Origin: Chrysomallon squamiferum
Lineage: Eukaryota > Animalia > Mollusca
Length of the DNA stretch: 64,000 nt
Assembly: GCA_012295275.1 (NCBI GenBank)
Contig: CM022678.1
Location: 11,408,001-11,472,000 of the forward strand
Direction of reading: 5' to 3'
Numbering within the stretch: position 1 is the stretch's first letter; the number at the start of each line of letters is the position of its first letter. Positions 15,961 through 31,694 of the stretch are shown here, in pieces. The notes beneath the pieces were generated by a model. It did no database searches. It worked only from the letters and a program-made list of their open reading frames with translations, and had not been told where the DNA came from. Both the position numbers and the translations under genes were made by a program.

Positions 15961-16907
15961 AAATTGTTCATCCTGTGAGCTTCACACCTGTAACAGATAC
16001 AAACGATGTGTCTGCTTGCTTTGATCAATGGGTGGGTGGATACCTGTGGGTGGCAATTACAGGCGGGGCAGGTGGGTGGAGTCAGTAAGTGGGTGAAGTG
16101 TTAATAATGACAGTCATCGCACTTCACACTGGTTTTAACAAAAGTGAAAAATCAGATGAAAAGATTTGACTTCTCGGTGCTTAACTGTTAAGTCTTTTTT
16201 TTATTTATTTGCCATTTTAGTTTTTTTTTTTTATTTTATGAAATTAAGGAGTGTCAAGGGATGAACAGAACTTATGTTGTTGTTTTCTTATTCATAAGAA
16301 AAGCTGGCTTATTATTTACTTATTGAAGAAAGTAAAAAAGAAAAGCAAGAATGAAAGAAAAAGCTTTAAAAAATGTTGATGATCAATTTAAAATTACTTT
16401 TATTAATTATTAAATATGACAAAGTTCTGGTTATATAAACTGATATATTTAAATTATTTATTTATTGATTTATTGATTTCATTTCTTTATTTCTTTATTT
16501 ATTTGGTGTAATTTCATCGAAAGAGAGAGAAAAAGGAAACAATTATTACTAGCAAGGGTTCCAAAAGTGTACGTTTTCCTTTACTCATTCTGAGCAGATT
16601 ATTTGCCTTTTGTCTCACCCTTTTTGTTCTCTCAAAATTATCTGATATAATTTTTACTTTTTTTTTTTTACTTTTAATAACTAATGTAATATACTAATCT
16701 GGACCAGATATTTGTAATGTTTGTGAAAACTGATGACAAAACCTGTGTTACCTAATAAGAGAAATGTATTCCTGAAGAAGAACTGCTATAATAAACTGTC
16801 TGAATATAGACACACGCGTGCAGGTTGGTCCTGCGACAGTTTGTCTGAGATGTTCACACACGTGGCCTGGAGGTGACTCTGCAGAGGAAACTCTCCTCAT
16901 TTAATTA

Positions 16908-17771
<864 letters not shown>

Positions 17772-18413
17772 TTGACCTGAATATAATGTTGTATAATTCT
17801 CTATTCTTTGGAGGAAAAGTAAGGTGGGGTGGGGGGAATCTTTTAGGAGAGGTAGGAGGTAACATCTGCAGCATCTTTGTTATCATTCAGGTCGTTCAGT
17901 TTTAAAACAAACAAGATTAAAACACTCCAAACACACACCCTCCCCCCTCTGTCCTAATAATCAATTCTTCCATGAACAGAAGATTCCAGAAAAAAAAAAA
18001 AATATATATATGTATTTATATATATTCATCATAAAGACTGTATCATCACTGTACACTGTGTCTCTCTCCCCCCTGCGCGAAACCCTCCCCCTGCCTGAGA
18101 GAGAGAGAGAGAAAGTGAAAAATGTGCAAGTGCACAAAATGACAGTACCAGTCGCACATCGAAAAGGAAGGGAAAAGTGTCATCTCGTGTCGGAAATGTT
18201 TTCTTCTAAAAGTATTCGCTGCATCACAGTTTTGACCGATTAAAACAAGTGTTTCCTACAGCCGGAGTTTTGAGAAAAAGCAGTAAACAGACGTCTTATC
18301 TCCCAGACAGTAGTAGTAGTAGCCTCTTCTTCAGTTTTGTTTTTTTCTCTATTAGTGTGTGTGTGTCACATGTCCCTCGATGTAGATAACAGTTTTACTT
18401 ACACACGAGTGGT

Positions 18414-18457
<44 letters not shown>

Positions 18458-19486
18458 GTATATGTATGTATTTATGTGTGTGTATATATATATATAAAAA
18501 GAAACATTAATTTAAATTTCATTATTAAAAACGGAGAGAAAAGATAAGAAATGATAGTCGACAGGGAGGAGGACGAGAATATGTGAGTAGATTCATTTAT
18601 TTATTTATTTATTCATTCAGTTGATCTTTTCATCGTGTTTGTTTGTTTTGTTAGTTCATCATCATCATCATCATCGTCGTTGTTGTTGTTGTTGTTATTT
18701 GGTTCCATTCATCTGTCTTATGTAGATTAAGATGAATTTTTTGTTCACATGAGGGAGTTTATTATTACTTTTCTTTTTTAGTTTTCTGTGAGGGCAGAAA
18801 AAAAAGCATATATGTATATGTATGTAGATGTGTGTCTATATAATATACATATAAATGTGTTTGTGTGTGTGTGTGTATATATTTATATATATAGGTATTC
18901 TCCTTGAACTGTGTTGTCCCCCCCCCACCTACCAGCTTCCAACCCCACCCCTTCCTTCCATAGATTCTAGTCCCAGTCTCAGACAGGTGAGGTTGTCTGC
19001 ACACTCAATTACATCATCAGTTACCATGGAAGCCAGGCATCTGCCTGCCTGTCTCAACATCAACCCAACAGAGCAGTTTTGAAAACTTCCATTTCTGTTC
19101 ACTGGTGTGCGGTCAGCCATGACAGAAGCCCTGCTAAGTTTTTATCACTCGGTTACTCAATAGTTGTTGTTTTTGTGACTCGCTGTATATTTTAGCAGAT
19201 GTTATTAATAATACCCGGAGGACCTGGAAACTGAGGGGGGTGTGTGTGCACTGGAGCGGATCCACTCGAGAGCAGTGGAGCAAATCACGGCTGAGTGGAG
19301 CGAATTTTGGCCCCGGGTTCTGGGCCAGTGGTTTTGTGGTCAGTGACTTGTTAAATGGGTTACCTTGTGTTACGCTGTGTTACGTAACCGCTTCGGAAAA
19401 TAGTTCTGCATTCTCCGGGTTACGTAACAGTCATATTTTTATGTTTGTGTGGTTACTTAACGGTTACATTTTTGTGTCTATATGCT

Positions 19487-20122
19487 TATTTAACAATCAC
19501 ATATTTTGTGTTTGTGTGGTTATTTAACAATCATATATTTTGTGTTTGTATGGTTATTTAACAATCACATATTTTGTGTTTGTATGGTTATTTAACAATC
19601 ACATATTTTGTGTTTGTGTGGTTATTTAACAATCACATATTTTGTGTTTGTGTAGTTATTTAACAATCACATATTTTCTGTCTATATGGTTATTTAACAA
19701 TCACATATTTTGTGTTTGTGTGGTTATTTAACAATCACATATTTTGTGTTTGTGTGGTTATTTAACAATCACATTTGTGTGGTTATTTAACAATCACATA
19801 TTTTTCTGTTTATATGGTTATTTAACAATCACATATTTTGTGTTTGTGTGGTTATTTAACAATCATATATTTTGTGTTTGTGTGGTTATTTAACAATCAC
19901 ATATTTTGTGTTTGTGTGGTTATTTAACAATCATATTTTGTGTTTGTATGGTTATTTAACAATCATATTAATTGTTTGTATGATTATTTAACAATCATAT
20001 TTTGTGTCTGTATGGTTATTTAAGTCCTATTTTGTGTTTGTATGGTTATTTAAGCCACATTTTGTGTTTGTATGGTTATTTAAGTCATATTTTTGTGTTT
20101 GTATGTTTATTTAACAATCATA
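19487..20122. repeat. ~33-bp minisatellite
   Basis: Unit ~TTATTTAACAATCACATATTTTGTGTTTGTGTGG, roughly 18-19 copies. Confidence 0.93.
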
Positions 20123-20891
20123 TATATATTTTTTTTATGCATTGTTAGGTATTTGTAACTGTCACATCTTGGTATATTTATTGAAAAGTTTATTTTTATA
20201 TTCACATTTTCTGTCTCGCTTTCTTTTTAACTCCACTTTCAACTATTTTATTCATTTATTCATTTTAATGATCATTTCTGTTTTTTCACGATACCAAATA
20301 TATCTTTGAACGCCAAATATATTCCATGATATAAGGGAGATAATTCAGAATTTTAACAGTTTAATAATAAGGAACATGGCACTTTGAATGCCTTTAGTGT
20401 GTTTGACTGGATTTCAGTTACTACTGAAATTATCCTACAACTGTTCCATGTAAGATATTTATTTATATAGTTTATATTTATTGCTATAATTATATATGTA
20501 CATCTACATAAACATGTGTGTGTGTGTGTGTGTGTGTACACACATACATAAAGGCATGTATATATATATATATATAACTACATACATACATAGGCACACA
20601 CACAAATATAATCTTACTTTTTCTTTTTTTAATTTACAGTGTATGAAATTTCTATGGGGATTTTGGGTTTTTATTTTCTCAAACTCTAATAAGACTTTCA
20701 GTTTAAAATATAATTTGTGATCAAAGAATTGTTGGAAATTACAGCTGAGAAAAGTAACTCAAGGATAAATGTAACTAAATTTTTATATTTTTTTTTTTTT
20801 GATTTTGTTTTGTAATAATATTCTCATAACAAACTATAACTTGAGAAAACAGCCAACAAACAGCTGAAAGATAAACATGGTTAACAAAACT

Positions 20892-20930
<39 letters not shown>

Positions 20931-21682
20931 CAAACATTTTTGCAGTATTTCTGTTGAAACAAAAAAACATTCTGAAATTTTTTTTATTTACCTAATAACA
21001 GGTTTTCTTATTTCTTTTTTCTTTTATAAATTTTAGCTTCATTTGATAGAAAAATCTGTTATTTTTTTGATGTTTTACTGTAAATATTTTTAAAATAATA
21101 GAGAACAAATAAAATGAAGACTAAAAATTAAAAAAAATAAAATGATGTTTCATAACGTATTTAAAAGAAATCAACAAAAAGAGAACAATTCATTTTTTTG
21201 TTTTTTCAAAATGAGATCAATAAACTAAAACTACATCATAAATAAGAAACTAAAGTAGAACTTAATTTTAAAGAATAACAAATAAAAACTATTTCTAAAT
21301 ATGTCTAGTCACACATACTTAGACAACAGAATATACATACATACATACAAACATATAAACATACATACACATGTACATACATACATACAAACATATAAAC
21401 ATACATACACATATATATACATACATACATATATATATATACACACATACATAAATACAAAAAGACACACAGACACACACACACAGAAACACATCTTTGC
21501 TGAAATTTATGAGTGCAGATATCCAGTGATTTCGCTGGACATTAAAAAAATATAAATTGTATTTTTGAACGGGAGACTATAAAACATGATGGGGGTTCAT
21601 AAAGAATCAGCTGTGACAGTTTTATTAACATCAAAAATACCTTTTATTACATACCCTGTGACTTCCTCTGAATTAATATTTG

Positions 21683-21733
<51 letters not shown>

Positions 21734-22089
21734 AACAAATATGTACATAGCCAGACAGACAGACAGACACTGCAAGAAAAAAGAAATAATGACAATGAGA
21801 CAGACAGACAGACAGACAGACACTGTAAGAAAAAAGAAATAATGACAAGACAGACAGACAGACAGACAGACATGCAGACATCAAACTGTGCTTCGTTTGT
21901 AATTTTCAACAGCTGTGTAACAGTCTATTCACTTTGAGAGCACTCATGAATATTCATAAGTCAGACAGATTTTGTTTTCTGGGCAGTTTGAATGGTGTCT
22001 TCTGAAAAAATCTATGAATATTTGATTTACTTTGATTTAATTTCTTTCTTGATGCAGAAACAGTGGAAGATAATTTTTAAAATAAATAA

Positions 22090-22340
22090 CCACTACCAGC
22101 ATATAACTACTACTACTACTACTACTACTATTACCACTACCACCACCACCACTTTAACTAGTATTACTACAGCTACTACCATCAGCACTAATACTGTAAC
22201 TATTACTACTACTACTACCACTACTATTACTACTACTACTACTACCACTACTACTATCACTAATACTATAACTACTATTACTACTACTATCAATAATGCT
22301 TCAAAACAACTATTACCACTATCATCATCATCATCATCAT
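22090..22340. repeat. (ACT/ACC)n and (ATC)n
   Basis: Direct inspection. Confidence 0.85.
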
Positions 22341-22811
22341 TGTTGTCATCAATTTCATCTCCTTTTTTTTTCTTTTATCGTTTTTTTTTTTTATTGTTTT
22401 CGCGTTCATGCATGTAATAATAATTTAATAATTTAAAAGCTTTAAGAATGAAAACGGAATTTCCTCAGCCACCTGGTATAAAAAGTGCACTGAAATTTCA
22501 GAGATTTGTTTAAAGCGACACACAATCCTGTTTTCTCCGATTTATTAAAGTGGTTTTTTATTCAGAATTTATGGTCCTCTCTTAATAAAATCTACGATAT
22601 CGCCAATAAAAATGTCATCTAGCGTTTTTTTTTTTTTTTTTTTTTTTTTTTTCAGTGTTTGATGTTTTTGTCTTTATTTCAGTTTTTTTTTTTTTTTTTA
22701 TATTTGTCTTTTGTTTTCAAAATTATTGTTTTTATTATGCAGCATACATTTATTTATTTATTTATTTGTTATGTACAAACCTTTTTTATATATAAACCCT
22801 CTTCATACTTT

Positions 22812-22864
<53 letters not shown>

Positions 22865-23613
22865 ATATTTTTATTTCTAAATTTCTATCATATAGTAAAT
22901 TATTTGTCTGTATATTTAAATAACCAAATTACATTACATTTGATATACCTGTTTTGATAATAATAATAAATAATAATAGTAACAACAACAATAATAATAA
23001 TAATAATAATAACAAACACTTTTATTAAATTAATAACAAACAATAAATTCATAAAAATATATACCCAACTTTTTAAAATTTTAATTAAAAATTTTTAACT
23101 TACGTGTATCCCATTTTGGGCCCCAGTGGTCAGTCAAACTGAAAACAGAGAAAAAAACAACAAACCTTGGCACCTCTCTCTTTGCCGTTTGTTTATCAGG
23201 TTGTTTTTAATATCGCTGGACAATGGTCAGTAAAGGTTCCTGTTTGAACAGATTCACACTGACCGGTCCAAAGTGGACATGACTTTGGCCATTCCTGAGA
23301 CGTTTTTTCATTCCTGTCGTTCATTACTCATTTTTTTTTATATTTTTATTTATTTTTATTTTATTTTATTTTATTTTTGTTTTTTTGTTGGTGAAGAAAA
23401 CTTGAGTTGTGATCAGGTAAGTAGTAAAGGGTTTTACATTTTGTATTCATTATTGACTGTTATTGTTATTGTTATTGTTATTGTCATTATTATTATTATT
23501 ATCATTAATATATTATTATTATTATAATTAGTTTTACTGTTATTGTTATTATTATCACAATCATTATCATAATAATTATCATTATTATTATTATTACTAC
23601 AACAACAACAACA

Positions 23614-23656
<43 letters not shown>

Positions 23657-24667
23657 TTACTTGTAGTGGTAGTAACATGAGTAGCAGTAATAATAAAAAA
23701 ATAAATAATTTATAAAAAATCTATTACAACCAATACTCCTCCAACTACTACAACTACTACTACTACTACTACTACTACTACTGTTATTGTTTTTCTTAAC
23801 AAATAAATGTTATAATCAGTCACCAGATTCTTACTTCTTTCAGAATAATAATAAAAAAGATATAGTTGTACTGGTGTTTATTTATTTTATTATTTTTATA
23901 GAATAAAATGAGTTTCTATAAATAGCAGAGGGAGACTGGGAATTCAGTTTGTTTGTAATGCTGAGAACTGGTCATTATGGACACTTAACTGGACATAGTG
24001 AGCGGTCACTTTGTGGTGGAATGGATCTATATTTGTATAAATTATTGATGTGGAGGTTCTGTATTCATTGACAAAAAAAGAAAATTAATTTGAATCGGCA
24101 TACAGTAATGAAACTGTTATTTATTGCAAACATTATATTAATTAAATTCTCTCTGTGTGTTGATCTATATTTAAATGTGAAAAAAAAAAAATAATTTGAT
24201 AGAATTTATAACAAAATTAAAAAAATAATTATAATAATTAAATTTTTAAATACATGTAAATGAACTAAAGTAATTTAAATAATGAGAGAAAAAAAAGAAT
24301 GAAAGAATGAATGAATGAATGAGTGAATAAATTAAACAAAATATAAAAAAAAAATTAAATTAAATTGAATAGAAACCAGAAATAACACACAAAAAAAAAA
24401 AAAACAACAATAAATGAAATGTGATAATTTTTTACAATCACGTTTTGTAAAAAAAAAAAAAAAAATGATTACAAACATTAATTTGTTAAAGATTTATTTT
24501 TAACATTTGGTCTTGTGACAAATAGAGTAAACAACACTGAGATAGAAAAAGAAGATAAAAAAGTAGTAATCAAGCGGTCAAGATAATCAGAGGTCACTGA
24601 AAACAAGGTCAGTGTGGGGAGAGGCAGACATCTAGAGTACGGGTGGAGTTCTTTTTATTTTAAACAT

Positions 24668-24995
24668 TTACTATTACTATTATTACTATTACTTTTATTA
24701 CTATTACTATTATTACTATTAATACTGTTATTACTATTACTATTATTACTATTAATACTATTATTACTATTACTATTAATACTGTTATTAATATTACTAT
24801 TAATACTGTTATTACTATTACTATTAATACTGTTATTACTGTTATTATTAATACTATTATTACTATTACTATTAATACTGTTATTACTGTTATTATTATT
24901 AATATTATTATTATTATTATCACTATTATTACTATTGTTATTATTATTATAATTACTATTATTATTATTATCATTTTTACTGTTATTATTAGTAG
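24668..24995. repeat. (TAT/TAC)n degenerate array
   Basis: Direct inspection. Confidence 0.85.
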
Positions 24996-25668
24996 TAGTA
25001 GTTGTAGTATTCTTGTCATTGTTACTTTAGTTGTGATTGTATTATTATTAATATTATTATTATTATTATCAACGTCATCATTAATGCTAGTTTTTTTTCA
25101 TTATTATTTTTGATGTTGTTTTTAATTATTATTATTATTATTATATAAACAGAATTAGATGTAATTTAATAAACACAAAAAACGCAAAAAAAAAATAAAA
25201 AAACAAGTGCAAAAAAACAAATAAATAAGAAAAAAAATACAAGAAAAAATATATATATAAAAAATTAATTAACATTCTTTTATACTAAACACAAAGCAAA
25301 ATAAGCAACAAAATAATTTTTTTTTTTTTTTTTTGCGTACTATAAAGAAAAAACAATGTTTATCTTGAGACCCGCCCACCTCTCTACAGTGTAATGAATC
25401 TCGCAAGTTAGGAATATTTGAAAAGCTTGAGGTGAAGTAGTAGTAGTTGTTGTGTGTGTCTCACAGTAAAATATAAACTCTGTACCTAATCTCTCCTATC
25501 ACTTACATGTCAAGGGGTGGGGGGGTGGGGGTCAAAGTTTTTTTTTTGTCTCTTGTGTTATTCAGGGTGGATCCAAGGTGAGAAAGAGGGGGGAATAATG
25601 AAAATATTTTTTATTTTTTATTTTATTTATTAATTTATTTATTTATTATTGTTGTTCTTGTTCATCTT

Positions 25669-25699
<31 letters not shown>

Positions 25700-25768
25700 T
25701 TATTATTATTATTATATTTTTCAATAATATTAAGTAGTATTAGTCTTTTATTATTTTGAAAAATGTAC

Positions 25769-25802
<34 letters not shown>

Positions 25803-26364
25803 GTTATTATTATATTTTTTAATTTTTGTCCTGATGTCTTTTTAATCATCATCATCTTCATCTTTTTCTTCTTTTTTTTCTTATTATTGTTATTGTTATT
25901 AGTAATGTTATAATTATTGTCATAACCCTTCTTTTTTCTTCTTAATGTTATTGTTATTGTTATCTTTGTTACTATTACATCAGATTTAACAATGAGATAA
26001 AAAAAATATATATTTTATATCTTACACAAACTGTTCTTTAAATATCTTTTTATATTTCTGAAATTTATTCTCGTATTTAATGTCCACAGCAGTAATTTTT
26101 TTTTTTTTTTTTTTTTTTGGCTTCATGCATAAAGGTTTAAGCTGCTTTTTATGTGTTTTGTGTTTCAGGATCTATAAAGTTTTAAATGTACTGTCACTGT
26201 AGGATTGCGTAAATCTGCGTATATCACATTTCTAGTTCAAACTTCTTTCATGTATCTACTCAAAAGTGAGGGGAGTGATTTCACATTGTTTGTTTGTTTG
26301 AACTGACGTACTGTGAGTTTTCTTGTGAGTAGTTTTTTTTTTTTTTTTTTTTCGTATTAAGGCA

Positions 26365-26540
26365 ATTTTCTAGTGAGCAGTTTTTTTGTGAGTATTAAGA
26401 AAAGTGGATTTTTTTCTAGTGAATATTAAGAAAGTGGATTTTTTTCTAGTGAGTAATTTTTGTGAGTATTAAGAAAGTTGGATTTTCTAGTGAGTAGGGT
26501 TTGTGAGTATTAAGAAATTTGGATATTTTCTAGTGAGTCT
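26365..26540. repeat. Short tandem repeat (~45 bp, 4 copies)
   Basis: GTGAGTATTAAGAAAGTGGATTTTTTCTAGTGAG recurring. Confidence 0.75.
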
Positions 26541-26960
26541 TCTAGCAAATGTGATGTAAATTGTTGATACAGTTTATCTGATAAAATCTCGAATACTCTG
26601 ATAAAAAACTACATGATATAATTTTGTGTATTAATTAACATCATTCTAGGTCAGTTGGATTGATTTTATCTATTTATTTATTCATCATCATCATCTTCAT
26701 CATTATGATGATGATGATCATCATTATTATGTTTACAATTTTCTGTATTCTATTGTTATTAATATTAGTTAATTTTATTACATTATTAGTGCAGTTGTTG
26801 TTTTATTATTACTACTACTACAGCTACGACTATTAAAATTACTACTACTGTTGCCACCACTATTTTTACTACTACTACTACTACCACTTTTAGCGACTCT
26901 GTAAACTTTTAAAATATATTCTAAATGTTTTCCTACAGTGAGGTATTATACAGGTTATCA

Positions 26961-27190
<230 letters not shown>

Positions 27191-27646
27191 TACAATTCTT
27201 TTTTTTTTAACAAAAACGTTTTCTTTTCTCTTAAATACTTCCATTCTCTTCTTCTTTATTTATTTTTCTTCTTTTTCTTTGCCTCTCCCAGATCATTATC
27301 CTGTTTATTGTTGACTTCAAGTCTCACTACGTATGTGTTTTCACTGTGTACACAACAAACCAGTGGCAGGCTTTTTAAATGATGTCTTTGTTTTCACCTC
27401 CATAAAATTTTAAAATTCATTTATCTATTCAGTCATTAGTTTATTTCATTTTTGTTCCATTTTGTTCTGTTTTGTGTTTATTTGTTTTATTTTGTTTTAT
27501 TTATTTGTTTATTTTTTTAATTTATTTATTTATTGTCTTATCATCATAGTTGTTGGGTTTCAAGTATTTGGTTTTTTTTAAAATTAGTTTTCTATGTATA
27601 CATCTGTATGTATGTGTGTGTCTCTGTATGTATGATTGTATGATTG

Positions 27647-27679
<33 letters not shown>

Positions 27680-27876
27680 GTATGTATGCATGTTTGTATG
27701 TATGTATGTGTGTATGTAGTTATATATGTATGTATGTATATATGTATGTATGTATGAAGTTATAAATGCATGCATCTATGTGCATATGTTTGTATGTATG
27801 AATATTATTATTTTTTTTCATTTTCTTATTCAAAACCTTTTTAATAGTCTTTGTTTGTTTTTTCTTCTCTTGTTTG

Positions 27877-27909
<33 letters not shown>

Positions 27910-29538
27910 TTTTTCCATATTGACTCACCTCACACCCACCTACGAGTGAAAACATTTTTATTTTTTCTCAAACACTTTGAACAAACGTTAAATGTTTGAG
28001 ATGTTTCATCTGTTTGCGATGTGGCCGATGTGGCTGTCTGTCTGCGACCTCCACAGTGTCGACATAAACTGAACGTTAGATAGCACAGAACCAGAGCTTC
28101 TGATTGGACGATTTGAAGAATGCGTCAATATGTAAATCGGTTTTAAAGTTATGACAAATATTCCAATCATAAAATCCATTTCTTTTTTTTTTTTTTTTTG
28201 GATTTGTTGAATTAAAAAGAAAGAATAAATATAGGAGTCAGTTATAAAGAAAGGAGATTTTTATTCTTTCAAAATGATTTGAAAGAGAAAAAGAAAAATT
28301 TTTTAACAGATCACATTTGTAATAAGCATGAGATAAGTGAAATAAATAAATTAATTAATTAATTAATAAGTAAGAATAATAAAAAAATAAAAATAAATAC
28401 AAATTTAATATTTAAAATTTTGGTTTGTTTAGTTACTGAATGATGGTTGTATAGCAATAGTAATTTTAATGATGATGTGATGATGATAATGATAATGATA
28501 AATAAATGCAAAAATGGAAGTTATTCACAGTGAACAATTTTAAGCAATCAAAATATAAAATGTTATGTCATTTCTTTTTTGTTATACATTTACTGCCACA
28601 CACACACACATACACACACACACTCACACACAATCACGCACACACCCCCTCTACGAAAAAGAAAATGAGTTAAAAACGGTTTGAACTTTGGTTTGTAAGA
28701 CTAAGTCTATTGTACAAATCATGTGACGTCAAGTGTCTTGTTTCTTTGTCACAGGAAGCTAGTACTTAGTAAAACTTAGTAAAACACTCGCTCTAAACAC
28801 GCCCTTTGACCTCAAAGTCCACCAGGAAACTGCTTCTTTTTTTTTTTCTATTATTTTTTAAACTCACTTTCATTCTTTTCAATTTTTTTTTTTTTTTTTT
28901 TTAAATTTTTTATTGTTTGTTATCTTTGAAAGAAAAAACAAAAAAAAAAAACACAACAAAACAATATATTGTGTTGGTAATCATTTGTAATTCTATTTTA
29001 ATTTTAATTAATTAATTAATTTTAGTTACTAACTTTTGTTTTATCTTTTATTTTACTATATTTTTTTCCTGATCGTCTTGTTTATTTTTTAAATTTTATT
29101 TATAACCTACTAAATGTATTTTATATGATAAATTTGATTATTTGCTTACTTTTATTATTACTGATACATGATTTCATTTATCTTTTAATTAATTTAATTT
29201 ATAATAATTTATTTCGTTCTTAATTTATTATTCAATACTGTGTACACACACACACACACACACACACGTACACAGACACACACACACAGTCACACACATT
29301 AATTTTTTTTATATTAATTTCGCATTTCTTTATGTTACTTTTATTTTCACTGTGTATTTAAATTAATTTATTTCTGGTTATTAAACGAAGAACTGATGAA
29401 TTAAGTGGGAGTTTACTTTGCTGTCTGTGTGAATCACTTTTCAAGAGCTCATTGTTCTTTATTTTTGGGAGGGAAATAAAAACAACGTAGGAAAATGTAC
29501 ACCAGGCATGGGGGGGGGAAGCTATGACATATTATCTT

Positions 29539-29581
<43 letters not shown>

Positions 29582-29883
29582 TATGTCATTGTCAACATTT
29601 ATTTAGTTTACTGTTGATATAATCATATATGTCTGTCTGTCTGTCTGTCTGTCTTTCTTAATGTTCTTCTTTTTCTGTCAGTCTGTCTACTTAAACTACT
29701 TACTGACAAACACACAAACAGACACACAAACAGACAAACACACATATTTATTTATAAATGTACATATGTGTGTGTATTATCTGATTTTAAAATTTCTCTT
29801 ATTCTTTATTTATATCAAACATGTCAAATATTTTTTACTGCATATAATTTGGCATTTTAAAAAATAATTTTCTTCTTCTTCTT

Positions 29884-29948
<65 letters not shown>

Positions 29949-30072
29949 AATGTTATTTTCTCATTATCAGCAGCTGCGTATGTATTAAACTCCTGTATGT
30001 CACACACAGACATGTGATGCAGTGTATAAATAAAACCAACCGGATTTTAAAACAAACTTTTCTCTTTTCCAG

Positions 30073-31199
30073 GAGTGATGCCATCTCCCCTAAGGTTGCT
30101 GATGTTGTGGAGAAGGTGATGTCACAACAGCCACCACTACATCACGAGGAGAATCAGCACAACTATGGCAACGTCAACAACAGCAACAGCAACAACAGCA
30201 GCATCAACAACAACAACAACAACAACAGCAGCGGTGCTTACAGCCATCACATTTCATCCATCGCAGACAGTCTGCACGCAGTAGGCCAAACTAGGACGAC
30301 GTCTGCCAGCAACATCTTCCACAACAGCCTGCAGAAGTTCTACGAGGGCTACAGGGTGGCCAGCCAGGACGGCGACAGGTTCACGGCGCTCAACCGCTCC
30401 TTCTCCAACAGCTACAACCTCGCGAAGGAGCAGCTGCTGAGTCCCTCCCGCTACCACGGCTTCGCGTCCGAGCGCTTCAAACCCGACGTCGAGGCTCACG
30501 GGGTCGAAGGTCACGGGGTCGAAGGTCATGGGATCGAAGGTCACAGGATAGAAGGTCACAGGGGCGACGACAGCGGCGCTGAAGGACCCAGGGGCGAAGG
30601 TCGCGACACCGAGAGTCACAGGGGTGAAGGTCACGGCGTTGACCTGGAGGAGCGGTCGTTCGGCGGCAAGTCGGCGGAGGAGGACGAGGCGAAGCGGGAC
30701 TACGTGCACAGCATCCCCATCCCGTCGTTCTACGACAACTTCAAGCTGTCGAAGAGCGACGAGAACGTCAAGATCGCCAACATCTGCGACTACAACCGAA
30801 AGCAGGACGAGGAGTTCAGCAGGAGCCAGTCGATGCTCAACAGCTCCCTCAACGACTCCTACCGCTCCGACGACAACAGCAGCCCCGACTGCGCGCCCGG
30901 GTCCTCCGCTCACGCCCGCAGCCACTACGGCAACTCCCTGGAGCGCGCCTCGCAGGAGTTCAACCGGAGTTTCTCCTTCCACAGCTCCTCCGGCAGCAAC
31001 CAGCCCCTCAGCCCGTTCGAGGACCGGGGGGGCTACCCCAGCCGAAGATACTCCCTCCCGACGCCCCCCCTGTCAGAGTACTTCAGGTCTCCGGCGTCGT
31101 CAACGTCGCCCACGACATCGACTGTCGCGTTGCTGCACGCGAGTAACGTTCACCCGAACTCCGCGGGAATCTACTTCTGTCACCTGTGCAGTTACTCAG
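30073..31199 (+). CDS. hb: hunchback first identifiable exon (acceptor tttccAG at 30071-72; first in-frame ATG 30119)
   Basis: GC-rich ORF MSQQPP...[10 protein letters not shown] ending at the cag|GTGAG donor. Confidence 0.88.
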
Positions 31200-31611
31200 G
31201 TGAGCATTTGTTTGTTGTCTACAGACACACAGACTTACAGACACACACACACACACACAAATGTACACGCGTACATGTACACACATACACAGTTTAATCA
31301 CATATAAACACACACATATACACACACATTATGATAAAAAAAAAATACTTTCGATGATGGCAGTCGATAGAAATTAGTGGCAGCACAGTCTTTTAAGTTC
31401 ATTTGTAGGAGCAGACGATCTTTACAGCTGTAGGAAAGTGAGAGAAGCAAAAGTAAAAAAATGAAAGAAATGAAAGAGATAGAAAGAAAAAAGAAACAAT
31501 TACGCACAGCTTATTTACTACTTTGGTTTATATTGCTTGTAATTTATTGATTTCATTTATTTATTTATTTCTATATCTGTCTATTTTATTTATTTTGTAT
31601 TTGTTTATATA

Positions 31612-31694
<83 letters not shown>

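Noticed and set aside
19487-20122. CRISPR-like appearance of ~33-bp repeats
   Set aside because: Head-to-tail tandem units with no unique spacers, no cas genes, eukaryotic context.
30014-30072. N-terminal extension MMQCINKTNR.. of the 427-aa ORF (likewise the 5' parts of ORFs 31611 and 32990)
   Set aside because: Lies in polypyrimidine or intronic sequence upstream of clear AG acceptors.
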